From the human T2T-CHM13v2.0 reference genome, Homo sapiens: DNA of 64,000 bases. The first letter of the stretch is position 1. The number at the start of each line of letters is the position of its first letter. Made by a program: the position numbers and the translations under genes. Shown here one piece after another: positions 1-33,100 of the stretch. The notes beneath the pieces were generated by a model. The model searched no databases, was not told the origin of the DNA, and was given only the letters and a program-made list of their open reading frames with translations. The DNA lies in NCBI RefSeq assembly GCF_009914755.1, contig NC_060935.1. One strand, written 5' to 3'.

Positions 1-71
1 TAACGCAGACTTCTAATGATGGGAATCACCACTTCTGAAATTGCTTTCTGTTAAGACTGTAGAATGAAGTC

Positions 72-1820
<1,749 letters not shown>

Positions 1821-2499
1821 CTGGGGTCTTTCAACAAATTGATAACTGGTAGCTACTATGATCTCAGATTTCAGGTTTCTCAAAGATTCTGTTTCTTGTT
1901 TCGTAAGATTCTGAAATGCTGATGTTCCAAAATTCTGAGATGGTTTGTTTCTAACGTTCTGCATTTCTAAGTCTTTGACCACTGAGGGTGTCTGTCAGGC
2001 GCGGCTTCCTATGCCCTCTGCCCCCAGGTTCTCCCAACCTCTGGGACTGGGAAGGAGGGCAGTGGGTGGAGGGGGCTGGGCCATTGCCTTGACATGGCCC
2101 ACATTCAGGGCTGGCTGTGGCAGCCCAGGGCCCCAGAGCCAGGCTGGAACTAGGATACCAGCCTCCAGGTCCCAGGCCTGCGTCATCTCTGCGTGCCCTC
2201 GGCCAGGGCCACCAGACAGAGACGGGCTGGTTGAGTCATCCAAGGGCTGGGGGTGGGGCAGGCTGTTCCGGCCGGCTCCTGGCTGGCAAGGCAGGAGTCC
2301 TACGCCCAGCTCTGCCCCTAACATGCCCCGTGCCCTTGGGCAAGCCTCAGCATCAGGGCTGCCACGCGTTCGGTGGTGCTCGAAGCCCTTCAGCGTCAGG
2401 GTCAGTCCTTGGGAGGGGGGCTGTGGTCAGGCTGGTGGGCTGGGCTAGCAGTGGCAGGACAGGAGGAGAGCAATTGCCTCTGGTGGAATTAATTACTCT

Positions 2500-2505
2500 T
2501 TTATT
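2500..2505 (-). terminator. Proximal polyadenylation signal AATAAA of TMEM134
   Basis: TTTATT on the + strand about 235 nt past the stop codon. Confidence 0.7.
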
Positions 2506-2739
2506 AGCACAAAATAACAGCAACCTAGCAGCCGCACGGCCCGAGAATAAGTTAAGGCACAGAGCAGGCGACGGGCGGCTTTCCCAGGGCCAGGCCTGCA
2601 TGCCCCGAACTTCCTGAGCAAACTCCCTAGGGGCTGGGGTTTCGAGGGTCCTGGAGGGCCTCTTCCCTTGAGATGAGGGGAACGGAACAGGGCAAGAGGG
2701 GCGCCCCCATGGGCGCAAGGGGTCCACGCTGCGCCGCGA

Positions 2740-7318
<4,579 letters not shown>

Positions 7319-7817
7319 GGCCCCGGCCCGCTCAGGCGCCGTGCGCCGCCGCCATCTGCGCCCACACACCCAGCGTCGCCGCTGCCCCGCCCCCGCATGC
7401 CCCGCCCCTCCGACCCTGGCTCCGCCCCACGCGCCGGTCCCGCCCCCGTCCGCCCTAAGCAGGCCAGAGTTGCCGAGCCCTGAGCGGGCTGATGGGTGGG
7501 AGCCTCTTCCAGACGGAGCGCGCCCGCCCCGTGACGCCACTCAGTGGCCGCCATGGCAAGCGACAGCCCGTGCCGGGCTCGGACACATCCCCCAGGCGTG
7601 TATGTGCGGGGGCTTGGAGGGGCTTCCACGCCCCAACCTCCAGGTCCCTGACAGGGCCTTTTGCACCGCAGCCTGTTCCTCGAGTGCCAAGGAGACTCCT
7701 GGGAACTGTTTCCCCACCTTACTCACAACAGCCCCGCACCGGAGGGGTGCTCTCCCCATTTTTGCAAATGTGGAAACCGAGGCTCAGAGAGCTTATGTGT
7801 CTTCCAATTTCCAGTCA

Positions 7818-9450
<1,633 letters not shown>

Positions 9451-10513
9451 CATGTTCATTTTATGGCCTCATGTACAGAGCTGAGTCAAGTCTACTTCTG
9501 TTTGTTACACATCAACACTATGAATAAGGCCCCTCTCGAGTTATGTTAATTCACTTACCCTCTTTCACTTCCCAGGTTCCTTCCTCTCCCCTGCCTTCCA
9601 TCAGACCCATGTCAGCATGCTCAGTCGGCGTCCTTAAAGCCTGCCTGGCTCTGTACCATGTATGGCACTGTCTCCTATGTGGATGTGTTTGCAATTTACA
9701 AACATGATGTCATGCAGAAAATTCAGTTCTGTTACTTACACGTTTACATTTTTGCTCTCGATGCTGTTTTCCATATGCATTTGTTTATTGTTTCTACAGG
9801 CTACATGCATGTTGTACCATGTTGAGTGTCTAGCACCTTTATGATCCACCTCACCTCCACAGTGTTGTACACTCAAACTGGCCTCAACCCCGCCATCACA
9901 GGCATCACTGCAGTTAACATCTTCCTGCTGTCCCCTTATGGACTGTGGGAGAATTCCCCTTGGGGTAGGATTTCCAGGTTATAGGGCACACGCACTCATG
10001 ACTTCACAGGGTACCACAGATGCTCTCCTGAGTGGCTGTGAGAGTTGACACTCCACCTGAGGCTTCTGGTTCTCTCAGGACTTGGTACCATCCAACTTTT
10101 TAATGGCTTGCCGATCTGATGAATTTAAAGTGGTACCTCATGTTCCTCTGGGTTCTCTGATGGCTGGAGAGTTTGAGCTGCTCTTTGTGCCCTTGTCAGC
10201 CATTGGGTGTCCCTTGTCTGTGAACTGGCTTTTCATATCTTTGGTCTTTCTTTTTGCTATTGGGTTTCTAGCCTTTTTCCACTAATTTGCATATCAACAT
10301 ATCTAATCATTAATTCCTTGCTGGTTTATGACCTTGCACATATTTCCTATCTGTCTGTCTTTGACTCTTTGTCTAACATGCTCTCAAAGAATAATCACTC
10401 CTTTTCAGGCTGGGTGCAGTGGCTCATGTCTGTAATCCCAGCACTTTGGGGAAGCTGAGGCAGGAGGATCACTTGAGGCCAGGAATTCAAGATCAGCCTC
10501 AGCGTAGCAAGGC

Positions 10514-11645
<1,132 letters not shown>

Positions 11646-11917
11646 TTCCTCGCTCAGAGATTAGATACTCCTTCTTAATCTTAAGAGGGCAGCGGAAGGG
11701 CAGAGATCCATCTTCTGTAACTGCTTCCTGTTGAGTTTATGGGCATAGCCCCTTCCTAGCACTGGAGAGGTAAAAATCTCCAGATACCCGGTCGGGTGCA
11801 GTGGCTCATGCCTGTAATCCCAGAACTGTGGGAGGCTGAGGCGGGTGGATCACAAGGTCAGGAGGTCGAGACCATCCAGGCCAACATGGTGAAACCCTGT
11901 CTCTACCATCCTGGCTA

Positions 11918-12350
<433 letters not shown>

Positions 12351-12462
12351 CTAAGGGTCCAAAAGACAGGATACTTTCATTACCCAGGTCAGTAGATGAA
12401 TGGGTCGGAAGCCTTGTGCCAGCATTGTGTTTACCTGAAACTGTTGCAATCTCAAAGACTTA

Positions 12463-13020
12463 CTAAGAGTTTAAACAACCACAGCCAAAAATTAGGAATA
12501 ACAAGATGGCTATCAAAGGTCCTAGGAGAGGTAAAAAACCAGGTGAGACTCGGGAAGGCATTTTTGATAGTTGACCAGATATTGCTGGGGTTGGTGCTAT
12601 GGTTCTATCTATGTAGCCAAGTAGCTTGTTCATAGATCTTTCGAATGTTAGCCTCAGTCTGTTTGGAGCTGGTAAGACATGTGCAGCAGGTTTTATTAAT
12701 AACTGCACAAACTTCACCTTGTTCAGCTAGTAAATAATCTAATGCTAATCTGTTACAGAGAACTATGTTTGCCAAAGAGTCTAGAAATTCTTGAATTCCC
12801 TTTAAGGCCTGACCCGTGTTGGTGGCTAAGGATTCTAGGGTTTGAGTCAAGTTCTTTACGGTTGACTCGTGGTAAGCAAGGCCACCCTAGGGTGCCACCA
12901 GTCCTATTGTTGCCCTGATTCCCGCCAAAATTAATCCTATTGCTCACTTACTTCTGCTGTTCTTGGGTCTTATGGGGTTATAGACTGTGACCTCTGGAGG
13001 GGCAAGGGTAGCTATTGTAC
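12463..13020 (-). pseudogene. Decayed ERV env (TM subunit), HERV-V/MER66-int-like
   Basis: Reads RSK*|AIGLILAGIRATIGLVAP*GGLAYHE, then an ISD-like NRLALDYLLAEQGEVC, the CX6CC motif CAVINKTCC and a TM anchor FLPLLGPLIAILLFLIFG. Contains stops and a frameshift. Confidence 0.88.
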
Positions 13021-13168
13021 ATTCGCCTCTGTTCCAAGTTTTTTTTTTTTTTTTTAGACAAAGTCTCAAAAAAATTAGCAGGGCATGGTGGTGGGTGCCT
13101 GTGGTTCCTGCTACTCGGGAGGCTGAGGCAGGAGAATCGCTTGAACCAGAAGGCGGAGGTTACAGTGA

Positions 13169-13694
<526 letters not shown>

Positions 13695-14034
13695 TAGCCA
13701 GGATGGTCTCGATCTCCTGAGCTCGTGATCCGCCCGCCTCTGCCTCCCAAAGTGCTGGGATTACAGGTGTGAGCCACTGCGCCCGGCCAATTTTTATATT
13801 TTTAGTACAGACGGGGTTTCACCATGTTGGCCAGGCTGGTCTTGCACTCCTGACCTCATGTGATCTGCCTGCCCCGGCCTCCCAAAGTACTGGGATTAGG
13901 TGTGAGCCACTACCACTGGCCGCTCCAAACAACCAGTTCTTTTTCCCTCTGGACTGTGGTGCCATCTTTATCATACAGCAGTTATAGAGCTGCCTACACA
14001 TATGTATGTTCTAAGCTCTCTTTTTGGTTCCTTT

Positions 14035-15359
14035 TGAGAGGTGACAGCCTGCTGGCAGCCCTCACAGCCCTTGCTCGCTCTCGGCGCCTCCTCGGCCTTG
14101 GTGCCCACTCTGGCTGCGCTTGAGGAGCCCTTCAGCCCGCCGCTGCACTGTGGGAGCCCCTTTCTGGGCTGGCCAAGGCCAGAGCTGGCTCCCTCAGCTT
14201 GCGGGGAGGTCTGGAGGGAGAAGCGCGGGCGGGAACCGGGGCCGCGCGCGGTGCTTGCGGGCCAGCGCGAGTTCCGGGTGGGCGTGGGCTCGGCAGGCCC
14301 CGCACTCCGAGCGGCCGGCCCGCCCGCCGGCCCTGGGCAGTGAGGGGCTTAGCACCTGGGCCAGCAGCTGCTGTGCTCGACTTCTCGCTGGGCCTTAGCT
14401 GCCTCCCCGCGGGGCAGGGCTCGGGGACCTGCAGCCCGCCATGCCTGAGCCTCCCCACAGCCCCGCCGTGGGCTCCTGCGCAGCCTGAGCCTCCGCGACG
14501 AGCGACGCCCCCTGCTCCAGGGCGCCCAGTCCCATCGACCACCCAAGGGCTGAGGAGTGCGGGCGCACGGTGCGGGACTGGCAGGCAGCTCCACCTGCAG
14601 CCACGGTGCGCGATCCACTGGGTGAAGCCAACAGAGCTCCTGAGTCTGGTGGGGACTTGGAGAACCTTTACGTCTAGCTAAGGGATTGTAAATACACCAA
14701 TGGGCACTCTGTATCTAGCTCAAGGTTTGTAAACACACCAATCAGCACCCTGTGTCTAGCTCAGGGTTTGTGAATGCACCAGTCAACACTCTGTATCCAG
14801 CTGCTCTGGTGGGGACTTGGAGAACCTTTGTGTGGATACTCTGTATCTAGCTAATCTAGTGGGGACGTGGAGAACTTTTTTGTCTAGCTCAGGGATTGTA
14901 AACGCACCAATCAGCACCCTGTCAAAACGGACCAATCAGCTCTCTGGAAAATGGATCAATTGGCTCTCTGTAAAGTGGCCCAATCAGCAGGATGTGGGTG
15001 GGGCTAGATAAGAGAATAAAAGCAGGCTGCCCGAGCTATCGGTGGCAACTGGCTCGGGTTGTTTTGCACACTGTGGAAGCTTTATTCTTTTGCTCTTTGC
15101 AATAGCTCTTGCTGCTGCTCATACTTTGGGTCAACACTGCGTTTGTGAGCTGTAACACTGACCGCGAAGGTCTGCAGCTTCACTCCTGAAGCTAGCGAGA
15201 CCCTGAACCCACCAGAAGGAAGAAACTCCGAAAACATCCGAAAATAAGAAGGAACAAACTCCGGACACGCCTCCTTTAAGAACTGTAATACTCACTGCGA
15301 GGGTCTGCAGTTTCATTCTTGAAGTCAGTGAGACCAAGAACCCACCAATTCCGGACACA
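14035..15359 (+). mobile_element. LTR12C (ERV9) solo LTR
   Basis: TGAGAGGTGACAGC...CCGGACACA, repeated CACCAATCAGC/TCTAGCT enhancer units, and a perfect CTTT target-site duplication (14031-14034, 15360-15363). Confidence 0.92.
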
Positions 15360-15556
15360 CTTTGACCCACTTCACTAATTCTCACCAGTATCTTATCCTT
15401 GTCTGTACGGTTTTCGGTGTGGTTTAATGCAAGAGACCAAGCCCCTTCTCCTTGGTCATCTTGTTCAAACTTGACTTAGCTTTTCATGGACCTTTATTTT
15501 TTATAGAAATGTTACAAAAATGTTTTCCGAGTTCTTAAAAAATCCTCCCAATTTCT

Positions 15557-16179
15557 TTTTTTCTTTTTTTTTTTAATTGATCATTCTTGGTGTTTCTCGC
15601 AGAAGGGGATTTGGCAGGGTCATAGGACAGTAGTGGAGGGAAGGTCAGCAGATAAACAAGTGAACAAAGGTCTCTGGTTTTCCTAGGCAGAGGACCCTGC
15701 GGACTTCCGCAGTGTTTGTGTCCCTGGGTACTTGAGATTAGGGAGTGGTGATGACTCTTAACGAGCATGCTGCCTTCAAGCATCTGTTTAACAAAGCACA
15801 TCTTGCACCGCCCTTAATCCATTTAACCCTGAGTGGACACAGCACATGTTTCAGAGAGCACAGGGTTGGGGGTAAGGTCACAGATCAACAGGATCCCAAG
15901 GCAGAAGAATTTTTCTTAGTACAGAACAAAATGAAAAGTCTCCCATGTCTACTTGTTTCTACACAGACACAGCTACCATCCGATTTCTCAATCTTTTCCC
16001 CACCTTTCCCCCCTTTCTATTCCACAAAACCGCCATTGTCATCATGGCCCGTTCTCAATGAGCCGTTGGGTACACCTCCCAGACGGGGTGGTGGCCGGGC
16101 AGAGGGGCTCCTCACTTCCCAGGAGGGGCGGCCGGGCAGAGGTGCCCCTCACCTCCCGGATGGGGTGGCTGGCCGGGCG
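15557..16179 (-). mobile_element. 5'-truncated SVA (SINE-R plus part of the VNTR)
   Basis: Poly-T, SINE-R sequence (TTAATCCATTTAACCCTGAGTGGACACAGC) and VNTR units GGCCGGGCAGAGG, with a degenerate 18-bp TSD. Confidence 0.9.
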
Positions 16180-16184
16180 AAAAA

Positions 16185-20633
<4,449 letters not shown>

Positions 20634-21284
20634 AGTACCTCATTTCTATCATTCATCGATTATTCCCTAATATTAATTGGGCACAACTATGACTCATTTC
20701 CGACCCCGCAATGGGCTCTCTTGGTCTCCTTCTCCACCTTTCTTTCCCTCTTCCTCTTTTTATTTTTTGAAAGAGGAAGATCCAGGATGCAAGAGTCCCG
20801 ACAATCATACTAGATATGCGAAAGAGAAAAAGCCGGAAGAAAATACACAAAAATCATAACACTTTGAGGGTGTGGCTTACGGGTGTTTTTTTTTTTTTTC
20901 ATTTTCCTAACTCTGCAGTGCTGTTATATTCCATCCACAACTTCAAACAAAGTGCCACACGGCCGCAGTCCCAATCAATTCAATGACAATTGTTAGGGAC
21001 GTCCTCGTCCCGCCCGGCCCGCGGACCCCGGCCCTTCCTCCTTGACAGGCTGGGGTCCAGCCCCGAGACATTCCTAGGCTCCGCCCCCGAGCAGACGCGC
21101 GCGCTCAGCCCCAGCGCAGAGAACCAATCACCATCCGTTTCCACGCTCAGTCCCTTTTGGCTTCTGCCCTCAACCAAAATGGCGCTAGCTCGGAAGCTGC
21201 CGAGGTGCTAGGAGTTGCCGAAGCAAGTCCGGAAGCTACCGAGCGAGTCCGGAAGTTGCCGAAAGGGAGCAGCGGGGAAGGAGG

Positions 21285-29120
<7,836 letters not shown>

Positions 29121-29667
29121 CAGGAGCACTTGGCCCTGCCTTACCTGCCAAGCCCACTGCTGCAGCTGCCAGCCCCCCTGCCCGTGCTGCGTCATGCTTC
29201 TGTGTATATAAAGGCCTTTATTTATCTCTCTCTGAGTCTGCTGAGCTGCTCCACTGGGAGAGCCGGGTCATCACCTGGCATTCCTGGTACTTGGGTGGCT
29301 GTTGGGAGGCAAAGAATCAGGGTTCAAATCCTAGCCCCTCCACCCACCAGCTCTGAGGCTCTGGTGTCCCTGTTAGAGAAATTACGATGAGCTCTTTCAC
29401 CAAGGAAGTGTCTCTCGCTGGCCAGGGCTGGGGCGCCCCAGGAGCCCACAGTCTTAAGGGGGAGATGAAGTGGGTACAAGCTAGGTAGCTGGGCACCTGA
29501 GGGAGGTAGTCTCCTGGTGCTGCCCTCCCACTCCAGCCTCGGATCCCATGGTCTCCTGGCCTCGGTGTCTGGGGGCAGGGTTTCCATGAGAAGCTACGCT
29601 GGGGCTGAGGTGAGCCGGGTTGGGCTGGGGTGGGCTGACTGTCCAGAAAGAGGAGAGGGCCGAGCGC

Positions 29668-29809
29668 TTCGTGAGACCTTTTGAGGCCCAGGCCCCCATC
29701 CTGACCTGCCTGTGACATGGATGGCCCTGGGCGTGGGTTTCGTGCGACCTTTTGAGGCCCAGGCCCCCATCCTGACCCTGCCTGTGAGCTGGATGGCCCT
29801 GGGTGTGTG
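29668..29809. repeat. 71-bp tandem duplication (2 copies)
   Basis: TTCGTG(A/C)GACCTTTTGAGGCCCAGGCCCCCATCCTGACC...GGATGGCCCTGGG at 29668 and 29739. Confidence 0.9.
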
Positions 29810-29910
29810 TTGGCCTCTCTGTGCACATCAGTGTCCCCTGTTGAACTGGAAACTGGGCTGGCTGCCCTGTGATGCCAGGCATGGGGTGAGTGGGTGGGGT
29901 GCAGGTGGCG

Positions 29911-29916
29911 TTTATT
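29911..29916 (-). terminator. PITPNM1 polyadenylation signal AATAAA
   Basis: TTTATT on the + strand about 245 nt after the stop codon. Confidence 0.75.
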
Positions 29917-30159
29917 TTCATGGATTTATACACACTGGAAAAGCCTCTGCGCCCATGCCCACGCCCTCCTCCCTCCCCCCGGCGCTGGGTCCCCTCATAT
30001 GAAAGGGAAGTAACACCGAGGAGCACACGGAGATATAGGGTGTGGGGCTGGGGGGGCCAGCGCTGGGGCCAAAAGTCTGGGTCCCCAGCCTCCCACACGC
30101 AGCCCCTCGGGCCCCTTGGGTGTGTCAATAAATAACCCAGGTCCAGGCTGGTGTGGGCC

Positions 30160-33100
30160 TCACTCCTCGCTGTCCAGCTTCAGGCTGATGCTCCGTGCTT
30201 TGCCCCGTGCCAGGGTGGTGGGTGGTGTTCCCGGGCCCTCACGCTCCGCCTGGCTGGGGCCCCTCGAGCGAAGCAGCTGGCTCTGTTTGCGCAGGAAGTC
30301 CACGGGGGCAGCCACACCATAGCTGCTCTTGCCCAAGGCAGCTCTCGGGGGTCCCGAGGAGGCATGCGAGTGCGAGCCCGCTTCCAGCTGGCCCAGGTGG
30401 GCCACATAGCCGTCTGACAGGAACTGTGGGCAGAGGTAGGCAGCGATGAGGGGGTGCTGGCCAAGGGCCCACACGCTGCCCTCCACGGTCCTCCAGAGGC
30501 ACCTGAGGCAGGCTGGGGGACTGGTGGCAGGCTTGGCACAGCCTGAGCTGAAGCCTTCTCAATAGATAGGACCCCAGGCTGGGAGCCAGGGCACCTTGGC
30601 TGTGCTCCTAGCTCTGCCCTTCTCTGGGCCTCAGTCTCCTCATCTGGAAAATGGGGTCTTAGAGGAAAAATAACAGCAGCCAATGTTTAGCCAGCACTTG
30701 CTTTGTGCCCAGCCCTGTGCCTGTTGATGTGATCTTCATAAGCTGACATGGGCAGTGCCATGATCATTTCCATTTACAGATGGGAAGCTGAGGCTCAGAA
30801 AGGTCACAGTGGAAAGCCATGGCCGAGTGGAACCAGCGCCTAGGGTCTTGAGCACTTTCCAGTGTGGGCTGTCCCCTCTGGCTTGCCTGGCAGCTGGCAG
30901 CTCAAGCTGCTCATGGCCCTTGTCCTCGGAGGATCCCAGGTTCCCTGGAGGCCGGTTAGGCCTTCTCACATCTTCCCCAGAGTCCGTGGTTCCCAAGGCC
31001 TGGGACTGAGGGCCCTGCCCCCTGGTGGGGTCCTGTTCCTGGCCTTCACTTGGGCCTCACCTGGCACTGCGCCTGTAGCTTCCGCACGGCACGGCCCACG
31101 ATGTAGGTCTGGCTCGGGGACAGCCCCAGCGCCGCGTATACAGCCACATCTTTGGGAGACCCATAACCGGCCACGATGTTCAGTTCTACCTGTGGCGGGA
31201 GATGCCAATCAGCCGCCCCAGGGGTGGAGCCGTGCAGCTGGGGGCGGGGCCTGTTGGGCTTCCCCAGATTGTTCTGGGGGTGGGTCCAGGCAGACGGAGG
31301 CGAAGACAGGTCCCAGTCCCACGGGGACAGGGGCGGGACCAGCTGCATCTCCCTAGTTGCCCCTAAGTACACGGGGCCCCTCAAACTAGGGGAGCAGGAC
31401 CATAGCGGGCCGCTGCAGTCAGGCAGGGCCCGGGCCGATCCAGTTGGGAACAGATGGGCCTCCGCCGATCCGGGGGTGGAGGGTAAGGGGGAGCGGGGGC
31501 GGGGTCAGGACCCGGAGCCTCCCCCAGCCGCCGCACCTCCTGCACCAGGCTCTGCAGAAACATTGCCTTCTGGCGTAGTGGGTCGTGGGTGAGGCCGTCG
31601 CAGAAGGAGACGACGCCGTGGGGGAAGTTGTGCTGCGACAGCCATGCCACCACGCGGTGCTTCTGCATATCCGGCCGGCCTGTGACATACACGATCAGGT
31701 AGCCGGAGTCCTGCCAGTGCCTGTGGGGCGGGGGCAGCGGTCAGCTCCGCTGGCCAGGGGTGAGGGGCCGGTCACCCCGGTGAAATGGGTGGTGGTGGCA
31801 GTGGCAACTCCTACCTGACCACGTCCACGGCGCCAGCTCGCACCTTGGGGTCGCTGCCCATGATGGAGACGCTGGCGGTGAAGGAGCCGTCGATGCTGAA
31901 GACCACAGCCTCCGTGCCGCGGGCCACCACAGTCAGGCAGCATTCGGCATAGGTGTGGTCGCCCCTGCGGCCCACGGGGCGGGGCGTGAGTGGCGCGGGG
32001 CGAGGCCTGGCGGAGCCCTCCCGCAGAGGCCCGGCCAGCCGCGCTCACCTGACCACCATGCGCACGGGGTAGACACCAATGCCCAGCGCGCGTTCTGGGG
32101 GAACTGGGAAGGTGAGGCGGCCCGAGCTATTGGTGACTTCGGTGCCAAAGTGGATCCACTTGCCCGACAGCGGCTGCGTCATGATGTAGACATCCACCTG
32201 GAGGGGAGAAGGGGCGGGAGGTAAATGGGGGCCCTGCGTGGAGGTGGGCAGAGGCGGGGCTGTCGTCGGGGATGGGTGGGTCTAGGGGCACAACCACCAG
32301 GGACCAGGAGCTGTTCCGAGGACAGGAGATGGGGCCATGGGACCAGGCGACAGGGCCTCTGGGTCCTGACCTTCTCTCCAGTGAGCGTGACGACGTCCAG
32401 GGGCCCGTACATGAAGCGCCCGCTTAGCACCTGGGGGCGGCCCTCGCACACCACCGTGTCGCTCGCCCGGTGGTTGGAAGTGACGTTCTAGAGGGAGGAG
32501 AGGGCGTGAGTCCGCGGCCAGCAAAGGATGGGGATGCTTGGGGAGGGGGAGCGGGTGAGGATCCACACGCAAACACCGGGGTGGGGGCCTAGAGGCGGCG
32601 GGGCATTGAGGGAAAAGGGCAAGCCCGGGGGGCGCACTTTTGTGGACCCCGGCCTGAGAGCCTGTGTGTGGGCCGCGCCTCCAGGGGCAGAGCTGTGACA
32701 GGACGGGATGCAGAGGATGAGGCGAGGTGGGGACCAGCGCAGATCCAGACCCTAGACCCAAACTTCCCGCAGAGGGCGGGGAGACCAGCGGTTCCCAGGG
32801 GCGGGGCTGGGGCAATGAGGTGGGGCCAGGACCCCAGGGGCGGGGCAGGACTGGGAGAGAGTTGGATCGGCTAGGACCCGAGGAGGGGGGTGCTGGGGGG
32901 AGGGGCGGGGCCTCTCTGGTGAGTGGGCGAGAGTGGGCGAGAGTGGGCGAGTGGACGAGGGGGCGAGGGGCAGGGCACCTACCCGGATCTTGACCTGCGT
33001 GCGTTTTCGCTGCCACTTCTCCCTGGGGAAGGCCGGGCTGTAGATGGACGGCTCCTCGCATTCCGCCAGCTGTGGCCGCTCCTTCTCGATCACCTGCACG

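Noticed and set aside
12605-12850. Functional syncytin-like env gene
   Set aside because: There are stops at the furin site and in the fusion peptide, the SU region is disrupted by Alus, and the frame has no ATG start.
14641-15000. Regularly spaced repeats resembling a CRISPR array
   Set aside because: They are the internal enhancer repeats of LTR12C in eukaryotic DNA, with no unique spacers and no cas genes.
32921-32950. (GAGTGGGCGA)x3 micro-repeat
   Set aside because: It is a short intronic slippage repeat with no evidence of function.
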